A stretch of DNA of 32,738 nucleotides, from assembly GCA_001724245.1 (NCBI GenBank), contig MEDX01000041.1, positions 1 to 32,738 on the forward strand. Direction: 5' to 3'. Source of the stretch: Fonticula-like sp. SCN 57-25 (lineage: Eukaryota). A program made the position numbers and the translations under genes. A model generated the notes under the pieces. That model was not told the DNA's origin. It made no database searches and saw only the letters and a list, made by a program, of their open reading frames with translations. Below are positions 21,117 to 31,384 of this stretch, one piece after another. Position 1 is the first letter of the stretch, and each line of letters begins with the position of its first letter.

Positions 21117-23432
21117 ATGCGTGGCTCGTGGGTTGTGGAGGATGCAGGCGCGCCGGCCGAAGCTGCCGCGCCAGCCGCGCCAGAAGGCCGCCGCGAGCGG
21201 TGCGCACCATGCATACAGATGGAGTTTCATGGATACTGACACATTGCTTTTGTAGGAAACGCAAGGATGGCCAGCTTGAGGCGCGCCACGATGGCGGCGC
21301 TCCGACTGCCAAGCGCCGGCGCCAGTACGTCGATGCGACGAACGGCCTGCCGTGGCGCCAGGTGACCTTTGACCGTGATGCTATTCACTTTGATATGAGC
21401 GGATTTGGTGGCCTCGAGGAAATCGACGCCGACGACTTTGATGTCGAGAGCCTGCGCACTGAAGCGCCCGAGACGATCAAGGCGGCGGCCGAGAAGAAGG
21501 CGGCCGACAAGATCGCTGCCGACAAGAAGGCGGCCGAGAAAAAGACGGACAAAAAGACAGACAAGAAGGCGAATAAAAAGGCAGACGATAAGAAGGCGGC
21601 GAATACCGACAAGGATGTAAAGGAGCCCCCGACCAAGAAGGCCAAGAAGCCGGCCAAGGGCAAAGCCGCTGCTGCCCAGGGGCAACCCGGAGAAGCGACG
21701 GACGACGCCAATGACGGCGAGGGCTCGCAGGACACGGCAGCGAAGCGCGCTGAACGATTGGCTGCGCAGCGCCTTCAGAATGCGAATGTTGACGTGAGCG
21801 CGTGGGCGCCATTTGGACTTCACGCTGACTTGCTCGACGGCTTGCGTGCGCTCGGCTTCACCAAGCCGACGCCCGTGCAGGAGCGCACGCTGCGCGCTGC
21901 CCTCAAGAATGACCACGACGTTGTCGGCTCTGCCGAGACGGGCTCTGGCAAGACGCTTGCCTTTGGCCTGGCCGTCCTGAACCGCCTCCTGACCGACTTT
22001 TCCGACGCGCCGCGCGGCCTTAAGGCGCTGATCCTGACGCCGACGCGCGAGCTTGCCATGCAGGTGCGCGCGCATCTGGAGGCCGTCGCGCGCTTCACGG
22101 GTATCAGCGTTGTCGCCCTCGTGGGCGGCATGTCCAAGCAGAAGCAGAGCCGCGTGCTGTCCAAGAATCCCGAGATTTGCGTGGCCACGCCCGGCCGGCT
22201 ATGGGAGCTGATCACGGAGGAGGGCCTCGCGTACTTTGGCACGCTTTCGTCGCTGCGCTTTTTCGTGCTCGACGAGGCGGACCGCATGATCGAAAACGGC
22301 CACTTTAAGGAGCTGGACATGCTTGTTGACCTGCTCAACAAGGGCCGCAAGGTGGTCGACTGGGTCTCGCCCGAGGACCGCAAGATCTTTAAAAAGTTTT
22401 CCGCGGTGGAGGACGAGGCCGAGGAGGAGTCGGCCGAGCCCGCCGTGCGCCGCACGTACGTCTTTTCGGCCACGATGACGCTCGGCGACCTGTTCAAGAA
22501 GCAGGTGACGGGCCGCAAGAAGCACGCGTCGGGGTCGCTCAGCGAGCTCATGGCAAAGGTGCGCTTCCGCGACCCGCCAGGGCCCGAGATTGTCGACGTC
22601 TCGCGCACGGGCATCATGGCCGCGTCGCTCGCAGAGTCGCGCATTTTCTGCTCCAACGACGAAAAGGACCTCTACACATATTACGTCATCATGAAGCGCC
22701 CGGGCAAGTACATTGTCTTTGTCAACAGGTACGCTTAAGTCCAATTTATTTGGCTCTTTTAAGCGATTTTATGCTGATTCACTCTTTAGTATTGACTGTC
22801 TTCGCCGTCTCATCCCGCTTCTGTCGCTTCTCGGTGTGACCACGTGGGGCCTTCACGCTCAGATGCAGCAGCGCCAGCGCCTCAAGAACATGGACCGCTT
22901 CCGCGAGGCGACTGGCTCGTGCGTGCTCGTCGCGTCTGACGTGGCCGCGCGCGGCATCGACATCCCCGACGTCGACCACGTCATCCACTACCAGATCCCG
23001 CGCTCTGCCGAGACGTACGTGCACCGCTCTGGCCGCACTGCGCGTGCCAACCGCGCCGGCACGAGTCTCATGCTCGTCGGCCCCGCCGAGCTCGAGTCGT
23101 ACAAGAAATTCTGCGCGGCGCTCCAAAAGCCCGACGGCATCGACGCCTTCCCCGTCGACGAGGTGCTCGCCAAGCAGCTCGCGCGGCGCGTCAAGGTCGC
23201 CACGCAGCTCGACAAGCTGCAGCACAAGGAGAGGCGCGTGACGGCAGACGGCGTTTGGCGTAAGCGCACGGCCGAGGCCATGGGGATCATGCTCGACGAC
23301 GACGACGACAAGCGCGACGACGGCGAGGGCGATAACAGAAAGACGGAGAGCGGGCAGGTGAGGTCGCTGCAGTCGCAGCTGCGCGACCTGCTCGCAATGC
23401 CGCTCGACAGGCTCAAGCGCGCTCACGCGTAG
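21117..23432 (+). CDS. DDX24: DEAD-box RNA helicase DDX24/Mak5; exons 21117-21199, 21256-22728, 22790-23432
   Basis: FGGLEEID N-terminal motif, AETGSGKTLAFG, PTRELA, ATPGRLWEL, LDEADRM, FSAT, LHAQMQQRQRLKN, YVHRSGRTARA. Confidence 0.93.
21481..21610 (+). repeat. Coding low-complexity repeat (KKAADK/KKTDKK) within DDX24
   Basis: Repeated (gac/gag)aagaaggcg(gcc) units encoding AEKKAADK...KKTDKKTDKK. Confidence 0.7.
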
Positions 23433-23519
23433 ACACTCTTTTTTGTATACACTTTCACTTTTGGGTTCAATGCATGTGCTGTATTATCTATCTACAAAAA
23501 ATTGGCATTATCTATCGCC

Positions 23520-24475
23520 CTAGCTGCTCGCTTCGGGCGCGTCCAGGTCCACGCCGTGCTCCGTGACGAGGATGTGCTCGACGTACCGCAGCCACCCCTC
23601 GGTCACCATAGCCTGCGACGACACAAAGGAGGCCTCCAGCAGTGAGTACGCCTTGCGTAACCGTGCGAGCTCGGTGGGAAACTCGTCGTCCTTGGCTTCA
23701 TTCTTGACCAGCATGGACGCCATGACGGTCTGTGCTGACGGGTAGCCCTTTGGCACAAATAGAGTCAGAATGAGGGCGGGAAGAAGGGAAGGCGCACCTT
23801 GTCGGCGGCCTGCTTAAAGTGATGATAGGCCTCCTGGAGATCGGCCTTGGGGACAAACTCGCCGGTCGCGAGCACAATGCCCGTGTAATAGTTGGCTAGT
23901 GTATGGCCCTGTGCATACAGAGTTAGACAGCGAGGGGAAGGGAGAGGGACATGCCTGAGCGCTGGCCATGCGGAGCAGCTCGACCATCCGCGTGGTGTCG
24001 ACCTGGATGCCAGGATGCGAGCCCTAGAGATCAGTGTGAGAAGCTGAGAAACAGCATTGACATACGTACCTTGCGGTGAATCATTGCCAGCTCGTACTGA
24101 GCGGCGGCAATGTTGCCGCCGTACGCCGCCTGATCATAGAGCTCGCGCGCCCTACGGTACTCTTGGTGAGCGTGCATGCCGCGGTGTCCATCGCGCCCAC
24201 GCGTACCTATTCATTCCTTTGTCGTCCTTGACCTGTCCCCGCACGTACATTGCCGCCGCGCTGTGCGCCGCCGCGTGGCTCCCGAGAGCCGCCGCCTTCT
24301 CAAGCAGCTTTATCTTCTCCTCCGGCTTCAAGTTTGCGTTTCCCGCCTCCTTGACCAACCTATCCGCGACATCCCCTTCGCCTGCCGTTGGGGCATCGCC
24401 GCCGCCGATCGACTGCGCCACCTTCCCCGTCCACAGAAACCGCGCCGCGCCGCCGGCACCAAAGCCGCCCCGCAT
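23520..24475 (-). CDS. Sel1-like repeat protein, possibly mitochondrial, >=252 aa; exons 24475(or 24514/24523/24532)-24207, 24151-24070, 24023-23955, 23908-23798, 23747-23520
   Basis: Repeats LLEKAAALGSHAAAH, LYDQAAYGGNIAAAQYELA, LLRMASAQGHTLANYYTG, HFKQAADKGYPSAQ match the Sel1 consensus; intron 23954-23909 is GC-AG. Confidence 0.82.
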
Positions 24476-27185
24476 GGCACTCGCGGCCGCCGCGCCGACG
24501 CTGCGCGCGCTCATCGCCCGCATCACCGACATTGAGCCGGGAACGTACAACTTTACGCTGTGCGAGACGTTTGCAACTGCCAATGTACAGCGGCACAAGT
24601 TTATGGACATTGACGAGCAGCGGACCTCTGAGGGCCTGTGGGCGTACGCGAGCGCCCTTTAGTGGGTATATGGCTGCTAACGCTCTGTGGAACGGTAGGC
24701 TTGTCGAAAAGGAGCAGATCCACGCCAAGTTTGCCAGGGCGCGCGATCTCGAGCGGCTCGCCACCGGCTTTGATACCATCCTCTCGCGGTCGTCGCTGCC
24801 CGTGTCGGTCAAGCGCAATGTCGCAGGCATAGTGTGCATTCTCATGGAGCTGGAGAGCACGGCGGACCCGCGGCTGACCCGACCCGACGACGCTCTGCCG
24901 GCCCCCGCCGTCGCCGCCGAGGAATACGTCTACGAGGTGCGCTGAAATCAGTTACTGTCGGACCGCTAACATGGCGAGCGCAGCCGCCGAGCGACGCCGA
25001 CTCGTTTTCCACTGCAGCCAGCAGCGACGACGACGACTGGCTAAGTGATGCCGAAGATGCTACTGCCGCCAAGTCGTCTGCCGAGCACGGTCACGTCCAG
25101 GACATGTCGGCCCTACCGCTGTACGACCGCGGCGCGTACGAGCACTCTGCGTCAGCGCAGCACCAAATGGAAGCCTCGCGTGACGCGCAGTATTGGCCGC
25201 AGGCACTGCGCCCGTTTGGCGCTCCGCTCTCCGAGTGGGACGCGATGCGCGAGGCCGTCCTGCAGCTCCAGTCGGGCGCGTCGCTCCTCTTTGCCGCGTC
25301 GCCGTCGGGCGACATCTCCGTCCACCGCGGCGCCGCCTTTGCCGACGTGTCGCCCGACGTTGCGCACGCGTCGCTGTCGCGCGTCTGCCCCGCCGCGCGC
25401 GCCGCCGCTCGCATCGAGCGCTTTTGCGGGTGGCACCGCGGCTCAGACAATGCGGTCATGTCGGCGCTCGTGGCGGCGGTGGCCGAGACGCTTCGGTCGT
25501 GCCGCGGCGACGGCCTTGGCCCAATTGAGCGCGCGCTTGTTGAGCAGGAGCGCATGGCCGCCGAAGTGCCGCCGCCGCCGGCGCAGCGCCTGCACGACTT
25601 TGTCGACAGGATCGTCGGGGCAATGTCGACCACCGTCGCGTTCGCCGCCGTCATCGACCGCATGGAAGGACGCGTGGCGCCCAACGCAGGTGCGCATATA
25701 ATGATACTTTATGTATAGCACTTTTGGACTCTTTTTGACACTTTTCGGTGCTTTTCAGCCGCTCATGAGCAAGCTCGCGTTGTTGTGGATGTTCTTCTTG
25801 ACCAACTTGAGGCCGAGCACGCCGCAGATGACCGCCTTCGATTCGACGCCGTCGCACGCGCCCTTCTCGACTGCCTCGCCGCGTATCTGAGCGAGCTTGA
25901 ATCGTGGCTCGCCGGCCGCGGCAGCCGCGCCGTCCCACTTCACCTGTCGGCCGCCTCTCCGTCCCTGCGCACAAGCGCGTCGATTCGCGAGATGGTCTCT
26001 GTTCGTGGCGCCTTTCCCGCGTGCATGTCGGCGTCGGCAACGAGCTGGATGGAGGCCGGTCGCTCGTGCGCGCTGCTGACGCGCCTCTCGCGCGAAGCCG
26101 TGCACCGCTCGCTGGCGCCCTTTTTGTTGCCGCGCCGCCTCGTGGACGCGCTCGGCGACGGCGCCGCGGCGGTTGACGCGCTGTGGCGTGCGCCCGCGCC
26201 GACCGTACTTTTAACCGCCGCACTGACGACCATTGCGAGCGACGCGGCAGCGGCGGTCGGCGTACCGATGGCCAACTTGCTCGCCTCGCACACGTCGGTG
26301 CGCGGCGCCATCGCAGCGCTCCGCAGCGTCTTCCTCATGACGTCGCCGACGATGGGCGCCTTTGCCGCCGAGGTCTTTTCGTTGCTCGACGCGGCGGGCG
26401 GCGACGCCAAGCGCGTCCCAAACCTCACGCTGCGCTTTCGCGAACACTTTTCAGGCGAGCTCGGCGAGTTTGCCGACCGCTGCCTGGCCGAGATTGTTCC
26501 GGCTGGCGACCTCGCTGGAACCGCCAGCGACGCATACTATGGCCGCATCAACGTCATCATGGACGTGCCATGGCCTGGCGCGCTCATCGTCGATGATGCG
26601 CGGCTTGCTGTAGAGTACCGCGGGGCACAAGCAGTGCTGTTGGCAATGTCGGGCGCGCGCCGCGGGCTCGATGCAATGACAGTCGCGCGCGGCCAAAAGA
26701 ACGCAGCAACGCTGACAAGATATAAGGCGCGGTTCGATATGCTTGCCACGATTGTCGCGCTGCAAGAGTTTTATTCAGTTGGTGTTGTGCGGCCGCTGTG
26801 TGCGCAGGCCGACGCTGCATTTGGCGAAGCGGCGAATGCGCACGACTTTTTCCGCGTTCACGAGGCATTTGTCGCGTCGATCAGCGAGCGGTTCATGCTG
26901 GGCGCCAGTCAGCATGCGGCGCATGCGGCGCTCACGGCGATGCTCGGCGTCTGCAGGCGGTTTGGCGACGCATGTGCGCGCGAAAACATGGACAATGATG
27001 ATGATGTTATGGGAAAGTATGGCGCGTTCAGGGAGCACCGCGGGCAGTTGGTGGCGCAAGTGCAGCTGCTCAGCGACACAACTGGGAGAGAACACTGTAC
27101 GAAATGCTTTTTATTGTGTGTTTGCTGATGATGAATGATAGGGAAATCGCTTGCGGACGTTCTTTCCAGCGACATCAGCATATAA
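24474..27185 (+). CDS. TUBGCP5: Gamma-tubulin complex component 5, ~831 aa; exons 24474-24643, 24699-24936, 24984-25689, 25759-27096, 27142-27185
   Basis: N-terminal LRALIARIT...NFTLCETFATANVQRHKFMDID...LVEKEQIH resembles the GCP5 N-terminal helical domain; also QYW, SEWDAMREAVLQL, LRSVFLM and DVPWPGALIV (Spc97/98 family). Confidence 0.8.
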
Positions 27186-27312
27186 AATGCTCACTTTTGG
27201 CCCTGTTTTCGTCCCATTTTTTGACCCATTTTGTTCCATTTTGTTCATGTTTCCTATTCAAGTGTACATAATTACTGTATTAAACAAATGTATGGAAATC
27301 GCACAACACACT

Positions 27313-29094
27313 TTACTCGTCATCCGACATGGCATCGTCGTCCTTTTTCCCCGCCGCTGCGAGCTGCTCCTCCGCCTCTGCGCGCACCGCCGGGTCGAGC
27401 CTGTCCGAAAAGCGCTCGCGGACCGCCGAGATATCCCACGCGTTCCATACCGTGAGCGGCCCCTTGTCGCCCGCCGTCGCAACCAAGAACGCCGCGTCGG
27501 GCGCCACAGACGTATTAAACAGCTTGCCCTAAAACACACAGTCAGCACATGACTTCCAAATCAACAATAAAAAACGTACAATTCCGACGTTGCGCGAGTG
27601 AACGAGCGCCGGCCTCAAGTTTGTCGTGTCCCAGATCTTGACCGTCTGGTCAAACGACGCCGTGACCATGCAGTCAGTGATGAGCGGGTGAAAGTCAACT
27701 GTCGTGCACGCGCGGTCGTGCGCCTGCAGCCTAAACACGGAAGCCGCCTGCCCCGCCGTGTGGTTGCGCACATCAAACACCGTGACGGAACCGTCCTCGG
27801 CGGCGACAGCAAGGTACTGCGCGTTGTGCGGGTTCCACCGCAGGCTCTCGACGTCGGCGGTGACGGCCCAGCGCGCGACGGCGCCGGGGGCGCGCGTGTC
27901 CCACGCAGTTACCGCGTGGTCGTAGCCGCCCGCGGCCAGCACGGTCGTCTCGGTCGGGTTCCACCGGATGCTCTGCACCTTGTCGGCGTGGTGCGAGTAG
28001 ACAGCGACGGACTGCGCGGTCTTGAGGTCCCACAGGCGTATCGTCTTGTCGGCCGAGCAGGACGCGAGGAGGTTGCGGTGCGCGGCGTTCCAGGCGAGGC
28101 CGAGGACCGCGTCAGTGTGGCCGGTGAGCTCGGCGGCGGAGACGTCCTTGCTCTTGCCCTTCTTGCCCTTCTTGCCGCTCTTGGCGGGGGCAGCGGGGGC
28201 AGTGCCGCGGGCGAGCACAGTGTGAGGGAAGAGGGCATCGACAACGTCAAGATCCCAGATCTCGATCTCGGGCTCGAACGTTCCGATCGCAGCAAAGTTG
28301 CCTATTTACACGCGCAATTCGGCGCACATATGAGTAACGCGCATTCGAAACTGAGGCCAAAAACGTACCGAGCGCAGTGCCGTCCGTCGAGGGCTCGTAG
28401 TTGATCCACTCGAGGCAGAGCGGGAACGACGGGAGCATCACGTCGTGATGTGTGTACAGGTTGTCATCGGCCTCTTCGTAAATGTTCACTTCGAGGTTGG
28501 AAATGTCGTCTTCCGTCTTGACAGAGAGAACGAGGCGATCCGACGGCAGGATGGTGAGATCATCATCCTCGTCGTCGCTGTTCTCCTGCATCGTAATATA
28601 GGGATCCTCCTCGTTGGACTGGTGGAACTGCAGACCCTTAAGGCTGGTCAGTAGCGGAAGCTCTGTCCGTGTAGTGTGAGTGGATCATGATGCCGAAAGG
28701 GGGATGCCCGCGTACCGCCGTCCTCGTTATAGTCGTCAAAGCGGTACTCTGCAAGCTCGGGCGGGATGGCATTGTTTGACGCGACGGCGGCCATCGCCGC
28801 CTGCTTGACCGCCTTGCTCTCCTCCTTCACCTGCTTCTTGAGCGCCTTGGCCGCCTTGGTGGCCGCCGCCGTGGCCACCGCCACCGCCTCGGCATCCTCC
28901 TCGTCCATCTCCTCCTCGTCGTCGTCCTCAAAGTCGACGTCCTTTTCGTCGGCGAGCCGCTGCGCCTGCTCGTCCGCGAGCGACGTGTACTGCCGGATCT
29001 GCTCCTCTGTCGGCTGGAAACGCGCGGGCGAGGCGCGCGCGACGCCGCGGCGAACCCACCCGACCGCGGTGATCATGGCGCCGGTCGATTCCAT
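27313..29094 (-). CDS. PWP1: Periodic tryptophan protein 1 (WD40); 4 exons
   Basis: MITAVGWVRRGVA start, acidic region, DPYI, LEVNIYEEADDNLYTHHDVMLPSFPLCLEW, GTFEPEIEIWDLD, GHTDAVLGLAWN; three GT-AG introns. Confidence 0.93.
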
Positions 29095-29617
29095 GGCCGG
29101 CGAGGTAGGTGCGTGGCCGTGGTTCGATCGAATGCGGCACACATGGCCAACGCGCCTGCCACAGTCCTGTGGATTGGAATTCGACCACAATGCTGTGGCA
29201 GTTTCCGTTCTCGGAACAAAAGAAAACAATCGACCAAAGCGAGCCGACTTGTTTTTTCTCTCTCTGCGTCGTGCGCTGCCGCAGCGTAGCGCTTGGCAGG
29301 CTAAAGGGAAAGCACTTCAGAGGGCTCGCCGTGCGACGGATAGACAACCAGTAAGGCGATATTTGCGTTGTGCTGATCGGGACTCTGCAATCGTCGAGGT
29401 TTGATTCTGAATCAATGTACGAAGCACGGGGGTCATGGGGCGTCACCATGGGCTGACGATGGTGATATAGACAGTTTACATCGACGTTGAAAGGAGACGT
29501 AGGACAAGGAAAGCAGTGCTGCGCTGCCTTCTTGCCTTTATTCCTGGATCTCGCCGTTTGACATAAATAGTCGCGCCGAATCCTTTTTGACCCACACAGA
29601 TCGCATTACCGGGCATC

Positions 29618-30823
29618 ATGGTGCGTTACCTAGCGCGGCATGAGCCCCGCACTGACGTTGCGCTGCTTGCTGACCGCGATCCCAATAGTCCTCTTTTGCG
29701 CGCAATGTTGATCCGGAGGATCTCTACGTAAAGCTCGACCGGATCGGCAAGGGCTCCTTTGGCGAGGTTTTCAAAGGGTGCGCATGCCTGCTGCCGCAGC
29801 CTTGCGGTTTTCCGCCCTCGTGTTGCTAACTCTGCGGCGATCTCTTAGTATTGAAAAGGTGAGCAATATGCCCGTTGCTATCAAGATCATTGATCTTGAG
29901 GCCGCCGAGGATGAGATTGAAGACATTCAGCAGGAGATTGCCGTCCTTGCGCGCATCGACTCGCCCTTTGTGACCAAATACTATGGCTCGTACCTCAAGG
30001 ACGCGCGCATCTGGATTGTGATGGAGTACCTTGCCGGCGGCTCGTGCCTTGACCTGATGAAGCCCGGCCCCTTTGAGGAGATTTTTATCCAGATTATTCT
30101 TCGCGAGATCCTCCGGGGCCTCGAGTACCTCCACGACGAGGGCAAATTGCACCGCGACATCAAGGCCGCCAACATTCTTCTCTCGGCGGCGGGCGAAGTG
30201 AAGCTCGCCGACTTTGGCGTCTCTGGGCAGCTCACCGCGACCATGTCCAAGAAGCACTCGTTTGTCGGCACGCCGTTCTGGATGGCGCCCGAGGTGATCA
30301 AGCAGTCTGGCTACGACCAAAAGGCCGACATTTGGTCGCTCGGCATCACCGCCATTGAGCTTGCCAAGGGCGAGCCGCCGTACGCCGACCTGCACCCGAT
30401 GCGCGTCCTCTTCCTCATCCCCAAGAACGACCCGCCAGTGCTCGACGGCAACTTTTCAAAAGCCTTCAAGGAGTTTGTCGCGCTCTGCACCCAAAAGGAC
30501 GCTGACAAGCGCCCGACGGCCAAGGAGCTGCTCAAACACCGCTTCATCAAGGCGGCCCGCAAGACGTCGTACTTGACCGAGCTGATCGAGCGCTACGAGC
30601 GGTGGCTCGCAGAGGGCGGGTCAAAGGACTCGGACAGCAGCGACGACGACGACGACGAGGGGGGGGACGAGGACGGAGAGGACTGGGACTTTGGCACCGT
30701 CACGGCAAAGTCGGCCGCTGCAAAGGGGCTCACGGTACGCACGAAAAAGCTGTTTTAGGTGGGTAAATTTGTGGCAATTTGCTTACTTTTGGTTGGTTTT
30801 CTTTTGATTTATAGACTGCCTGA
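29618..30823 (+). CDS. GCK-III (STK24/25/26-like) STE20 kinase, ~328 aa; exons 29618-29620, 29689-29777, 29849-30734, 30815-30823
   Basis: [87 protein letters not shown], then acidic tail with DWDF. First and last exons are inferred from splice signals. Confidence 0.9.
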
Positions 30824-31384
30824 GCAAGCGAACCTTGGCCTGGCGTGACTGCCCGTGATAAAAGCAAGCCATCGTCTAGAGAAGAAGAGGGCGAAAACGA
30901 TAATTATGTAATTATAGCCGCTGTTTTTCCTTCTTTTTCCCCCAAACATTCATCCTCCTCCTCATCCTCGCTGCCATGACTCGCCACGCTTCTCGCTACC
31001 TTAATCCCCATGCGCTTGATTTCTTTATTTTCGCCTGTCCCAGTATTAAACACTGTTTAACATGATCACTTTTTGCCTATTATGAGATGAGACCAAAAGG
31101 AAAGGCCAAGTACACATGGGTTCATATTGAAAGACCATCAAGTAGGCATTGGAAGGCCACCATTTTCATTGAAAAGGGCACCTTTTGCATCCACTTTGGT
31201 CACAATTAGTTTGATTGAAATGTGACCCATGCTCACAAAACTACTCAAAAGCCCATTATAATGACCATTTTCGCTGCCATTGCCTCTTTCATGGCATGCA
31301 TGAAATGCGCATATAAAATAATAATGTGTTTATTGACGTGAACTTTACCGCCGTATGAATACAAAACAGACCAGAAACGCCTCT

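Noticed and set aside
21481-21610. Repeated units resembling an array
   Set aside because: In-frame Lys/Ala/Asp low-complexity coding sequence of DDX24; no unique spacers, so not CRISPR.
29100-29145. GGTTCGATC, similar to a tRNA T-loop or Pol III B-box
   Set aside because: No T-stem pairing, acceptor stem or cloverleaf could be formed.
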